Shown: one piece after another, positions 39,850 to 62,299 of the stretch
Numbering within the stretch: the first letter of the stretch is position 1
Layout of the letters: each line of letters starts with the position of its first letter
Assembly (NCBI RefSeq): GCF_009914755.1
Contig: NC_060925.1
Strand: one strand, 5' to 3'
DNA: 64,000 nucleotides
DNA from: the human T2T-CHM13v2.0 reference genome, Homo sapiens
Program-made: the position numbers and the translations under genes
Notes under the pieces: generated by a model
What the model saw: only the letters and a program-made list of their open reading frames with translations
Database searches by the model: none
What the model was told of the DNA's origin: nothing

Positions 39850-40022
39850 GACTTCCTGAGCTAAAGGAGAAAAAAAATATGGTGGATCGTTCAAAACTCC
39901 TTCCTACTTCCCTTCAGAATGAGTTCATTCCCAAAGAAGTTCTTCTTTCTCTGACCTATGCGGCCAATGCTGGTCCTTGTCCTGAAAACTTACTACCTCC
40001 TAAGAAAATTAAAACCCCAAAG
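39850..40022 (+). CDS. AXDND1: AXDND1 exon 3, [30 protein letters not shown]...KTPK
   Basis: cttag|GA acceptor, AAG|gtttgt donor; 173 nt; phase-consistent; overlaps ORF 39879..40121. Confidence 0.92.
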
Positions 40023-40142
40023 GTTTGTATGTACATATGTAGAGTAATGGGGAACATTATTTTTTGGGCATCTGATTATTCTTTAAGTATTTATTATGCA
40101 CATATTATATATTCCAGATAGCCTTAAAAATTTTAAGATTGA

Positions 40143-40838
<696 letters not shown>

Positions 40839-41023
40839 TCACTCACTATAGAATTATTCTAGTTTTAGTCTTTATGTCATTTAATAAGAATTCTGCTCTC
40901 TTTTTTCCTTAGAGTACCCAAGTGCCCTTAATGTAAATACAGTACTTACTCAAAACTATTAATACATTTTATTTGATTAGATCGCCCTCTGCTGGATATT
41001 CATGTGTATTTGCTTTTTCCCAG

Positions 41024-41127
41024 GGCACTCTTCCACGCCTTGTAGACCATGTCTGGCATCACCCTGTTCGAAGGAATAAATTCAAATACCTGATTGACCA
41101 TCCCGTCTCCCTCACAGGAGCTGGAAG
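41024..41127 (+). CDS. AXDND1: AXDND1 exon 4, [35 protein letters not shown]
   Basis: cccag|GGC acceptor, GAAG|gtaaag donor; 104 nt; open and in phase. Confidence 0.92.
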
Positions 41128-42180
41128 GTAAAGAAGGAAGATAGTAGGATAGATGCTGATAAATAGAGTTGTTTTCTCATTTTGAATGATTACCTTGGGA
41201 GGGGCAGAATTAGAAAAATCACTGAATCATAGATGATAAAATTTACAATATCTTTGAATCAGAATACAATCCAGAAGGGCCAAAGACCATCTTTTTGTGT
41301 GTGATTATTATCAGTAGGATGGAAATAGGTGCTGGCTTTACATATTTTTGGTTTAAATTTGCTTTTTGCATGCCTTTGTATACTTGTCCCTATACTCTCC
41401 TATTCCCTGTTGTACCCTAGTAAAAGGGACAAGATCCAACAGGCAGAATGCCTTTAGTGCTCCTTTTATCTGTGTGTATGTCTTCTTTGTGGACATCTTT
41501 AGAAGAAAGAACTAGGTAACATAGCTTCATGATGTGGAAAACCTTGAAAAACAAAAGCTTAATTTCTGGATCTCTCCAAAGGGAGCCCTTAATCTTTACA
41601 CTGTTTCAGATCAAGTCAGCAAATACTATTTGTTTTTGTCTCATTCCTACAAACATTCTAAGTCATTCTAAGGCGGTCAAGTGGGTCAACATTTTCCCTG
41701 TGAAGATTGAGACCTGCTAGTTTTCTATGTATTGTCCACTTATCAATTTACTCCATGCATGCGCCCTCACTTAAATGTCCCTTCTACTGAAACAAATGTT
41801 TACACTTAACATACTTGAGTAGGTTATTTAGTCTTTCTGAAGCCCCATTTTCTCATATGTAAAAAGGGAATAATAGGCTGGGCCAGTTTTGTGTGCCTCC
41901 CAGGGATATTGTAAAGCACAAATAAGATAATAGATGCAAGAGCACTTGTAAAACTATAATGTGCTATTTAAGTATAGGTGCTATTACTCAGCTATGCTTC
42001 AGTGCAAGGAAAAGTGGTAGAAACTTGTCCTATTGATTTTTATGTACTGAGGCTTTATATTTTATTCTATGCCTCCGGATCATGGTTATAATTATTGGTA
42101 GCAATAATTAGTATTATGAGTTGTTTGAAGTACTTTGAAAATTAATTAGCTATTCTGAATGTGGCACTAAGCTGACATTA

Positions 42181-43160
<980 letters not shown>

Positions 43161-43726
43161 CAAATGCACAACTAATAGTATGCATAACGAGATAACTTGT
43201 CCAGCAACCTCAATCACCCAGAACCCAGCAGTAAAATATAAAACAGCAAAGCAAATATTCTCGAGTAATATTTTTCGACAACTCTTTCAGCAGAGTTCAG
43301 TGCAGAAAATAAATCAGTCTAGATATTTTAAGCAGGAAAGAATCAAATGCAGAACACTGGGTATTTACAAAATTGTTGGAAGGGCTAAAGGAGCTGGTAT
43401 GAGGAAGTACCTGTGCGAATAACTCCCAGAACAGGGTGACATTGACATCTTCAGATAAAAGACATGTTTATAGATAGACATAACTCAACCAATGATGATT
43501 TGAAGAAGAGCTTGAATTATGAACTCAGTTAATAATCTGGGGGCTGAAGAACGAGTTGGAGAATTTCTTAAAGACAAATAAATAAAATCCAGTTATTATG
43601 TTATGATTAAGAATCAAAGTTGTTTTGTTTTGTTTTTTGTTTTTTTAAATAAAAATAGATTTTCCAGAAGAGTGGAAGCGGGTGTTTTACCATAGAATTT
43701 TATGAAGAAACAAAACATATCTCTAA

Positions 43727-44043
<317 letters not shown>

Positions 44044-44245
44044 TAATAAAAAATTATATTTCAACAAGTAAATAAAACAGGCTTCTTCTAAAAATCAATA
44101 ACACAATCACCTCTTAAAGGTTCCACTTCATAATGATACTATTAAAATGGCAATTACATTTCCAACACATGAATTTCTAAGGGACACATTCAAACCATAA
44201 CAATACCCAGTACTTTAATAATGTATAGAAATACAAAAGGCTCCT

Positions 44246-46069
44246 CCAAATCATGAGTGAACTCCCATTCACAATTGTTTCAAAGAGAATAAAATACCTA
44301 GGAATCCAACTTACAAGGAATGTGAAGGACCTCTTCAAGGAGAACTACAAACCACTGCTCAACGAAATAAAAGAGAACACAAACAAATGGAAGAATATTC
44401 CATGCTCATGGATAGGAAGAATCAATATCGTGAAAATGGCCATACTGCCCAAGGTAATTTGTAGATTCAATGCTATCCCCACCAAGTTGCCACTCACTTT
44501 CTTCACAGAATTGGAAAAATCTATTTTAAATTTCATACGGAACCAAAAAAGAGCCCACAGAGCCAAGACAAGCCTAAGCAAAAAGAACAAAGCTGGAGGC
44601 ATCACGCTACCTGACTTCAAACTATACTACAAGGCTACAGTAACCAAAACAGCATGGTACTGGTACCAAAACAGATATATAGACCAACGGAACAGAACAG
44701 AGGCCTCCGAAATAACACCACACATTTACAACCATCTGATCTTTGACAAACCTGACAAAAACAAGCAATGGAGAAAGGATTCCCTATTTAATAAATGGTG
44801 CTGGGAAAACTGGCTAGCCATATGTAGAAAGCTGAAACTGGATCCCTTCCTTACACCTTATACAAAAATTAATTCAAGATGGATTAAAGACTTAAATGTT
44901 AGACCTAAAACCATAAAAACCCTAGAAGAAAACCAAGGCAATACCATTCAGGGCATAGGCATGGGCAAGGACTTCATGTCTAAAACACCAAAAGCAATGG
45001 TAACAAAAACCAAAATTGACAAATGGTATCTAATTAAACTAAAGAGCTTCTGCACAGCAAAAAAAAATTACCATCAGAGTGAACAGGCAACCTACAGAAT
45101 GGGAGAAAATTTTTGCAATCTACCCATCTGACAAAGGGCTAATATCCAGAATCTACAAAGAACTCAAACAAATTTACAAGAAAAAAACAACCCCTTCAAA
45201 AAGTGGGCAAAGGATACAAACAGACACTTCTCAAAAGAAGATATTCATGCAGCCAACAGACACATGAAAAAATGCTCATCATCGTTGGCCATCAGAGAAA
45301 TGCAAATCAAAACCACAATGAGATACCATCTCACACCAGTTAGAATGGCGATCATTCAAAAGTCAGGAAACAACAGGTGCTGGAGAGGATGTGGAGAAAT
45401 AGGAACGCTTTTACACTGTTGGTGGGAGGATAAACTAGTTCAACCATTGTGGAAGACAGTGTGGTGATTCCTCAAGGATCTAGAACTAGAAATACCACTT
45501 GACCCAGCAATCCCATTACTGAGTATATACCCAAAGGATTATACATCATGCTACTATAAAGACACATGCACACATATGTTTATTGCGGCACTATTCACAA
45601 TAGCAAAGACTTGGAACCAACCCAAATGTCCATCAGTGATAGACTGGATTAAGAAAATGTGGCACATATAAACCATGGAATACTTTGTAGCCGTAAAAAA
45701 GGATGAGTTCATGTCGTTTGTAGGGACATGGATGAAGCTGGAAACCGTCATTCTGAGCAAACTATCACAAGGACAGAAAACCAAATACTGCATGTTCTCA
45801 CTCATAGGTGGGAATTGAACAATGAGAACACCTGGACACAGGGTGGGGAACATCACACACCGGGGCCTGTCGTGGGATGGGGGGAGGGGGGAGGGATAAC
45901 ATTAGGAGGAATACCTAATGTAAATGATGAGTTAATGGGGGGTGCAGCACACCAACATGGCACATGTATATGTATGTAACAAACCTGCACATTGTGCACA
46001 TGTACCCTAGAACTTAAAGTATAATTTAAAAAATAAATAAATAAAATAAATTATTTTTAAAAATTAAAA
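44246..46069 (+). mobile_element. 5'-truncated L1PA element (~1.8 kb): 3' ORF2, 3' UTR and A-rich tail
   Basis: ORF 44253..45131 is L1 ORF2p (IKYLGIQLT...); frameshifts downstream; C-rich [14 protein letters not shown] motif; TSD AAATACAAAAGGCT(c/g)CT at 44229-44245 and 46070-46086. Confidence 0.97.
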
Positions 46070-46111
46070 AAATACAAAAGGCTGCTAAAGTAGGTTCTTG
46101 AGAAAATTTGA

Positions 46112-46318
<207 letters not shown>

Positions 46319-46469
46319 TAACTTTATTTTTAATAGCGATGGTGTTTCACTATATTGGCTAGGCTGGTTTTGAACACTTGACCTCAGGTGATCTGCCCAT
46401 CTTGGCCCCCTAAAATACTAGGATTATAGGCGCGAGCCACCATGCCCGGCCCCAACATATTCTTTAATT

Positions 46470-46685
46470 ATATGTTTGTGTATATGTGCATAAAATATTG
46501 TGTGTATAATATATGTCTAATTATATAAAATATATATAATGTATAACATAATGTATAATGTATACATATGCATTATATATGTATATACAGGTATATACTG
46601 TACACATATATGTACATACATATATGTACATATATGTATATAATATATGCACATGTGTGTATCTACACACACATATATGTACATG
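46470..46685. repeat. (TA/CA/TG)n low-complexity tract
   Basis: Alternating purine-pyrimidine, AT-rich sequence. Confidence 0.85.
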
Positions 46686-47272
46686 AAGCATTCATCATTT
46701 TTAGCTAACAAAACAATTGTAATGGCCAACTTCTCCAGCATTTATTGGTGTGATAAGAACTGCTGTTCCATCATCCTGAGAGCAGCTCATTCAGATCTTT
46801 GTGACTATGTAAAACCTCTAAGAGGGTGGAACAGAGAAAGAATCCGGAGGATTGGGAAATACAGCTCTAACATTTTTCCCCTGTACATATCCAAGAGAAC
46901 CAGAATATCACAGCGCAGGACATCAATAGCTTGATGTCTTTTACTACCAATATATACGTTTAAAAATAGTTATGGTCCATGTTGTATATTTCAGGATCTT
47001 CCTGGGACACTAGAACTGGCCTGTTTCCACCAACCTCACATGCCACATCAGCTGCCAAATGGCATTGCCCTCAAAGCACACCCTCTCCCACCATTTCACA
47101 ATATTGCAACTGTTATAGTCATTCTAAAATAATTTAAAATTTCATTTCATCCATAAAACCTTTCTAGCTTCTCTTAGACTAAAGCCCAACATGTTAAGCA
47201 TGATTTGCAAGGCTCTCTGTGTTTAGTTCTCTAATTTCAACAATTTTATTCTTCATACTTCAACTGTATATT

Positions 47273-47529
47273 CAGTCATCCCTCATACTGAGGGATATGT
47301 GGGGGATTGGTTCCCAGACACCTGCAGATACCAGAATCTGTGTCCACTCAATTTCTGCAGTCAGCCGTACATGAGTCAGAAACTCATGTATATATATGGA
47401 AAGTTGGCCCTCTGTATATGAGGGTTTCATATCCGGTGAATACTGTATTTTCAGTCAGCGTTTGGTTGAAAAAATTCATGTATAAGCAGACCCATACAGT
47501 TCAAGGCTGTGTTGTTCAAGGGTCAACTA
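47273..47529 (+). mobile_element. MER8 DNA transposon fossil
   Basis: cagtcatccctc...ggattggttcc start and cagttcaag...gttgttcaagggtcaact end. Confidence 0.8.
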
Positions 47530-47951
47530 TACTACATTTTCAGTTCGCCGAAGTCACCATGTGCTGTTGTGTCTCAGGACCTATGCATATGCTGTTCTCT
47601 ACACTTTTCGGTTGCTTACCTAAATCCAAATCAGTTTCTTGTTCTCACTAATTGTTACTGCCTCCCGAGGTTTTCCCTGACTTGGTCTAAACTGTATTTG
47701 GGTGGTGTTGTTATTAGTTATTCCAGTAACATTCTATTCTCTGTTACAATGTCTTTATATTATACTTTTCTTTGGTTTGCGAATCTTCCCCTCTATATTG
47801 AAGGCTCCCCAATGGTAGGGACTGTGTCTATTTTAAGAAATAGTTCTATATTCCTTTCATCTAGCATATTTTCTGTCACTTATAATATGGTTAATAAATA
47901 TTTGCTGAGCAAATTAATGAATTTTGGGCACGTTAATGTACAATCCTATAA

Positions 47952-48278
<327 letters not shown>

Positions 48279-49682
48279 TGAAATTGTAATATTTCTGTAT
48301 TGTCATTCTTCACCACTAGAATCAGTTCCATGAGGGTAGGAACTTTTTATTTGCTTTTTTCACTATTAGTGTTCTTAGCTCGCAGTGCCAGGTATGCAGT
48401 AGATGCTGAATTAGTCTTTACTATGTAAACCAGTAAATACATTTGGAGTTTATAGAAGGATGTAATGGACAATCATTTCAGGGTACCATTGTAGTGATGA
48501 ATTAATGCCTATTGTTTTCTGTCATGGAAGTCTTAAAAGAGTCAATGACTCAAGATTCCGTCTCCTGGAAGAGTATATTTGGCCTAGCTTAGACCACTTG
48601 CCCACATCTTGGTTATCAGAGGATTTTTTTCTCCACTTTTCTGTATTTTGTTTTATTAAACTTCTTATTTTGAAATAATTTAAAGACTCACAGAAAAGTT
48701 GCAAATGTGATCAACCCTGGAAAACATTCCAGGGAAGCGTGGTAGAAGATAACTGCTAAGAGATTGTTTAACTTGGCAGTGGTAATCACCATCAGCTTTC
48801 TAGAAAATAGTTTCAGAAGAGAGGTATGGGTGGAAATCAAATTGCAGGACAATTTTAGGAAGTTTGATGTTTAACACAAGTGATCGATGATAGATCAATC
48901 GATTGATCCATTGATAGATCATAATAACATGACAGCGGCCGGGCATGGTGGCTCATGCCTGTAATCCCAGCACTTTGGAAGGCCGAGGCAGGTCACCTGA
49001 GGCCAGGAGTTTGAGACCAGCGTGGCCAACGTGGCAAAACCCCATCTCTACTAAAAATACAAAAAATTAGCCAGACATGATGGCACGTGCTTGTAATCCC
49101 AGCTACTTGGGAGGCTGGGCAGGAGAATTGCTTGAATCCGGGAGGTGGAGGTTGTAGTGAGCTGAGATTTTGCGCCATTGCACTCCAGCCTGGGCGACAG
49201 AGTGAGACTCTGTGTCAAAATAATAATAATGATAATAACAATCACAACATGACAGCAATACATGTTCAAGGAAATATTTTTAGAAGGGGAAAAAGTTTAT
49301 TATAGGTCAAAGGGGATGTAGAGTTGGAGATACACAGAAGTTAGGACTGATGGAATGAGACTCCTGAGGATATGGGCAAAGATGGAATCAAGCACCTAAG
49401 TGGAGGGAATAGCCATAGGAAAGAGAATATATTTTAACCTGATACTGAAGGAAAGGAAAGAGTTTGTGATATGAATGAGAAATTTCAGGTGGAGAAGAGA
49501 AAGAATGTGGGGGAACTCATGTTTAATGCCTCAGTCTTAGTAAAGTGTTATGTAAGGAGATCAGTTTTGCTGACACAGAGGACCATCTTACCCATTAGAA
49601 GGATATGTGTGGATCTCACCTGCTGTTATGTGGTATCCAGATAGAAAATTTGTTTTGTAAATATATTTTTCTTACTTTTTAG

Positions 49683-49803
49683 GGATATTTCTTTTCTGTA
49701 CGATGTAACATATGCCAAAGGACAGACTAGGGAGAAGGCAGTTTGTCCCCCACATTTGGCCCGTTCATTACAGTCACATGATGGTGTCATTGTGCCCCAT
49801 AAG
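49683..49803 (+). CDS. AXDND1: AXDND1 exon 5, DISFLYDVTYAKGQTREKAVCPPHLARSLQSHDGVIVPHK
   Basis: tttag|G acceptor, AAG|gtaaat donor; 121 nt; phase 2 to 0. Confidence 0.9.
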
Positions 49804-50440
49804 GTAAATAAAGTATTTGACAAATAATCTTCTCTCCCTCTGTCTACTTTTAAAAATCATTTTAAAATGATTTTTAATATAAATATAAAATATAAAACAA
49901 CGTCATACTATAACAACCTGCATTGCTCACCAATCTTCATAGCATTTTCAAATTACTTCTTAAAATGGGAAAAGGGTATTTAGCAGGAAAAGATCAAAAT
50001 GTCTTATTTTAAGCCATTTTGCGAACCACAGTTAATCTGTTTTAATCTAAAAAACACAGCGTGGGAGATTATATTGTTTTTCCCTTAGAAATCCACATAT
50101 AAAGTTGTAGGATTCTTATCTTTGGTATCTTGCTAAGTTGAATTTTAAATTCCCTGCTGAATTTAAAGGAAAGGAATCAATAAACTTCTGAATATATGGG
50201 ATACATGTAACTAATACTAGCACCAAGGTTATTCTTTAATTTATGGTTATTTTAGAGATGTGTGCTCTGGTTAGTTTTTGTCATTTGCTATGACCCACAT
50301 TGCTAATATTGTTATTTCTCCAATCAAAATTTTTCAACTTAAAAAATAGTATCTCTTTAGGTTAGGAATTAGGATTTGTGCAAGTGAATTTTTTCTCTAT
50401 TAATATATTCATTCTTTTATTTTGCTTTTCTTTTCTTTTA

Positions 50441-50841
<401 letters not shown>

Positions 50842-51106
50842 TCAAAAAAAAAAAAAAAAAAAGAAAGAATACCTGACAAGTTGAACTGTTTCCTCCTTCC
50901 CATACATAGAAGAACCTGAGAATAGTACACTCATATTCCTGAGCAATATATAAACTGAAATGAGGAAACATTTGAGCCAGCCATCCTAATACAATTAAGA
51001 AAGATACAAATTGGCAGGGCGCGGTGGCTCACGCCTGTAATCCCAGCACTTTGGGAGGCTGAGGCGAGCAGATCACGAGGTCGGGAGATCAAGACCATCC
51101 TGGCTA

Positions 51107-51356
<250 letters not shown>

Positions 51357-52048
51357 TTAAAAGAGTTTGGGATGTTAGTGATTAAATTATTCATATTTTT
51401 TCCTGCCATTTAATTTTGAATTTTTTAAAAAATGGAACTTTGTTTGAATGTGTGACTATGCCCTTTAGGAATGATTTTGAGCAATGATTATGGAGACAAA
51501 GGAAAGTAGCCCTCTGAGCCAGCATCTCATAATCCATGCTCCAGGGCTTGGCTCCACATTGCAGACTCATTATCTTGTCATCTTTGATTCCTGTTTATGG
51601 GATTGAAAATAGGATCTTGCTTTTATTTTCTGAAACAACACTTGAATGTTTTATAGTTTAGAAAATGAGAACTTTGGACTAAGGTTTTATAATAAAATAT
51701 CCAGAGGCTGTCACTCTTTTGATATTGTCTTTCCAATATGTATGTTATAATATATTGCATTTCATTGTGATGGTATGTTTCAGAACAATATTTTGCCCAA
51801 GAGAACCAAATGAAATTCATTTTTTGGGTAACCTTTTATTTTAATGTAATTTCAGACATAAAAAAGTTGCAAAAATGGGAAAAGGAATGCCTATATACCC
51901 TCTACCTTGAGTCACTGGTTGTTTACACTTTGTCTCATTTGCTCTTAAACATACACAAGCATGCATACACATGCACATATTTTCAAACTATTTAAGAGTA
52001 AATAATCAAATACTTCTACCACCAAATACTTTAGTGTGTATTTCCTAA

Positions 52049-52620
<572 letters not shown>

Positions 52621-52667
52621 TGACCCACCCACCTCGGCCTCCCAAAGTGCTGGGATTACAGGTGTGA

Positions 52668-53051
<384 letters not shown>

Positions 53052-53054
53052 TGA

Positions 53055-53357
<303 letters not shown>

Positions 53358-53739
53358 TGATCTGCCCGCCTCAGCCTCCCAAAGTGTTAGGATTACAGGT
53401 GTGAGCCACCATGCCCGGCCCATTATTTTGATGCTCAAATTTTTCCAGATTTGGCCAATGGCCAAAGGCTGCTCCTTTGAGCTTTCTCTTGTGTTCTTTG
53501 GCCATGTCCCCATGATTATTTGAACACTTATTTTCTGGCTTGATAAGACTTCCAGGTTCATCTTGTATTTTCCAACTCCAGCCCTGGAATGGGTGGTGAG
53601 TCACTTCTCCAAGCAGTACTCATTCCTTTTAGTGGAGAATGGTACTTAGAAACCAAGATTCTGGGGGTTAGTTGTGCTAATTGATAAACAGGCCAGAAAA
53701 TTTTCTTAAAATAACATTTACCTATCTTATTTATTGTAG

Positions 53740-53796
53740 CAAATACACTACTCTCCTCACAGATAGTGAAAACAGGCTATTGCTCTTCCCATCCAT
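53740..53796 (+). CDS. AXDND1: AXDND1 exon 7, KYTTLLTDSENRLLLFPSM
   Basis: tgtag|C acceptor, CCAT|gtaagt donor; 57 nt; phase 2-2. Confidence 0.88.
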
Positions 53797-54480
53797 GTAA
53801 GTACAGTTTATTTTCTAAAGTCTTTCTCAGAAAGAATACCTATATACATACACATTTCTTGGTACTTTATTAAACAAAATTATTAAAATTATAGCAGCAA
53901 CCCAAGGCAATAATTGCCTACAAGTTCATCATCTAATCAGTGTTTTCGTTTTTACAATTGTATATTCAATGTTTATATATTTCATTTGTCTAATTGCATA
54001 TTAAATTTTACATATTTACATATATAGCATAATATTTAAATATGATAAAGTACTTTTATATTCTATGTTTAACCATTAGTATTTCTCCATTTTGCTATAG
54101 TCTTTTTTTCCTTTTCTTTGTCCCTTTTCTTCTCTCACATTGTGAGGTAACCAATGTTAAAAGTTTGATGTTTATCTCCCTACATTTTTTCTTTTTCTAT
54201 GTTCTTACACTGCTATATGATAGGTATATAGAATTTTTTTGGGGGGGAAGCATTATTTTCTTTTATGAAACAGAGAATCATACTATTTGCATTTTTCTTC
54301 CTTTTTTCTACTATATTATTGATCTCCCAATAGATTAATAGACACAGGTCTAATGCTTAAAATGCCATTAATATCCCAGAGAGCATATATATTCTCTTTA
54401 CACATATTATATTCTTTTTGCCATTTGAGAATTCCCTGTTGCAATGTTAATTGCATAAGTCTGCCACCTTAATTTTTTAG

Positions 54481-54583
54481 GAAACCTAATAAAAGAGTAG
54501 AAGTGGCCCAGCTGAATGATGTGATGGATACTATGCTAGAGAGGGCTGGTGTGGAAAATCAGGAATATACAGGACCAACGAAG
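54481..54583 (+). CDS. AXDND1: AXDND1 exon 8, [34 protein letters not shown]
   Basis: tttag|G acceptor, AAG|gtaatt donor; 103 nt. Confidence 0.9.
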
Positions 54584-56276
54584 GTAATTGCAAAGCCGAA
54601 TGCAACCTGGTGGCTAAGAGCATGCACTCAGGAGGCAGATTGCCTAGGTTAGAATTCTGACCCTGCCATATATTTACTAATGGCCTTGGACAAGTCATTT
54701 AATGTATTTGTACCTCAGTTTCCTCATCTGAACTTTGGAGATAATAATATCACCTACCTCATAGGGTTTTTGTGGAGATGAAATGACATAATAAATGTAA
54801 AGTGCTTAGAACAGTTCTTGGCATGTGGTAGACACTGTATAATTAATTGTTAGTATTATTATTTCACCAAATATAAGGTATCATTGATTGTAAGACCCTT
54901 ATTATTTTATGTAACACTAAAAAACACTGCCAGGTATATTTTTAGTAGAGATGGGGTTTCACCATGTTGGCCAGGCTGTTCTCAAACTCCTGACCTCAAG
55001 TGATCTGCCCACCTCACCCTCCCAAAGTGCTGGGATTACAGGCATGAACCACCGCACCAGGCCACCACTTGTAATTTTTATTTTCTACTTAAGAAAGAAC
55101 TCTTTTAGTCTTACATAGATAGAGACCTTTTTCTTTATCAGGGCTATTTCTTTTTTGTTTTATGTATTTTATTTGTTTGGAATTGGAAACTTACAGAAAA
55201 AGTTCAATACAAGACACTGCTATGTAACCTTTACCCGGATTCTCCATCTGGTTATTTACATTGTGCCCTATTTGCTTTCTCATTCTCTCTCCTTCTCTGT
55301 CTACATATGCATCACTTTGTTCTGAACCATTTAGAGTGAGTTTTAGACATCATGCCTCTTTAATACCCAGATATTCAGGATATATTTCCTACAAACAAGG
55401 ACATTCTCTTATATATCCATAATATAGTTATCAGGAAATTTAATGTTGATATGATAGTATTATCTGACACAGACATTTAAATTTTATATTTTATCAATTG
55501 TCTCTGTAATGGCTTTTAAAAATAGCTATTTTTTCTTCCTAGTCCAGAATCTAAGAAATCACATAGTTCTTTTAGTTGTCATGTTTCTTTAGACAATTTT
55601 AATCTGAAACAGTTTCTCAGCCTTTCTTTGTTTTTCTTGACCTTGTTGTTTTGAAGAACACAAGCCAGTTACTCTGTAGAATGTTCTTCAATTTTGGTTT
55701 GTCAGATGTATAGTCATGATTTTAGATTGGGGTTTTTTATTTTTGGCAGCTATAACATAGAAGTGATATTGTGACCTTTTCAGTGCATCAGATAAAGAGG
55801 CACCAATTTTTTTTTTTTTTTTGAGACAAAGTCTCACTCTGTCACCCAGGCTGGAGTACACTGTGATTATGGCTCACTGCAGCTGCAACCTCCCTGGGCT
55901 CAGGGGATCCTCCCACCTCAGCCTCCCGAGTAGCTGGGACTACAGGCGTGTGCCACCATGGCTGGCTAATTTTTATATTTTTTGTACAGACAGGGTCTCA
56001 CCATATTGCCCAGGCTGGTCTCAAGCTCCTTGCCTCAAGCAATCTGCCCACCTTGGCCTCCCAAAGTGTTGGGATTACAGGTGTGAGCCACTGCACTTGG
56101 GCAGACCAGCATTTAAAAATCAAATATCACTTTTGTATATATATAAATGAAAATGTAAGTGAAATAAATTAATCAACGTGTTTCTAAAACTTATTTACAT
56201 TCAAGGTGTTAACCTCCTAAAATGTTTTTTACTAAGACTGTAATAAGTACTGATTATGTTACTTACCTTCTGACAG

Positions 56277-56398
56277 ATGCACAAACTACTACATATATTG
56301 AAGAAGGAACAGACCATTTACAACATGATATTTCATGAACTTATTCGACAAGTCAGTGTGGACTGTGCAGACAGAGGAGAACTTCTGTCTAAAGTCAG
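56277..56398 (+). CDS. AXDND1: AXDND1 exon 9, [41 protein letters not shown] (axonemal dynein light chain domain)
   Basis: gacag|ATG acceptor, TCAG|gttagt donor; 122 nt; ELIRQVxxxCxxRGxLL resembles the DNALI1/p28 domain core; the gene continues beyond the window. Confidence 0.93.
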
Positions 56399-56599
56399 GT
56401 TAGTGCTGTTATTGGAATGGTCCAGTTTCCTTTTGATTTTTATATTAGATTTGTCTTTATATCTACTTTTGAGAATGCCACAAAAGTGCACTTCTCTATT
56501 CTACTGATCGTAAGTAATCTAACTGCATTTTTTTTTCTTTTTTGTTAATATATGGAAAGGGTCTATAGCTTTCATTTTATTTTAGCCATATTATCTTGG

Positions 56600-56912
56600 G
56601 TGAGATACAGTGAGACCTGATGCAGATCAAGAGAAAGAACCCAGAAAGAGTTTTATAGTTTTGTTATACTCACAGCTCCCTGGGGAGAAGCAGCATGCCA
56701 TACAGGGCCATTGCGGGGAGACACCAAGTCAGTCATGAGGTAATGAGAGGGAGGGAACCTGTGGGGAGGCACCTCTATTGTGGTTTCCTTGGGAAGGAAT
56801 AAGTGAGGCAGGTTAAGTAGGCTTAGGATTGGATTGTTTGGATAATTTCACTGGGCATTCCATAATAGGGGTTGTCCCTGGTTGTTTGGTACCTGGCCTT
56901 GGGGCAATAAGA
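56600..56912 (-). mobile_element. ERVL-type LTR fragment (MER54-like)
   Basis: ttatactcacagctccc...tattgtggtttcc..gggaaggaa..gaggcagg..ttaggattgg; family from memory. Confidence 0.55.
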
Positions 56913-56924
56913 GAATTTTTGAAA

Positions 56925-62155
<5,231 letters not shown>

Positions 62156-62299
62156 TCTTCTTCTTTTTTTTTTTTTTCCTATATTGTTCATCTCACATAT
62201 CTTTTGGAATGTCTGTTTACTATTTTATTGCCTAACATTACTTTCTCTCTTGCATATTTTCTATCTTTTTTTCCTTTCCTTCTGCATGATACCTTGTTT

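Noticed and set aside
44253-45131. Longest ORF (292 aa) as a novel gene or active reverse transcriptase
   Set aside because: It is the C-terminal part of L1 ORF2p in a 5'-truncated, frameshifted copy that lacks the promoter, ORF1, endonuclease and most of the RT.
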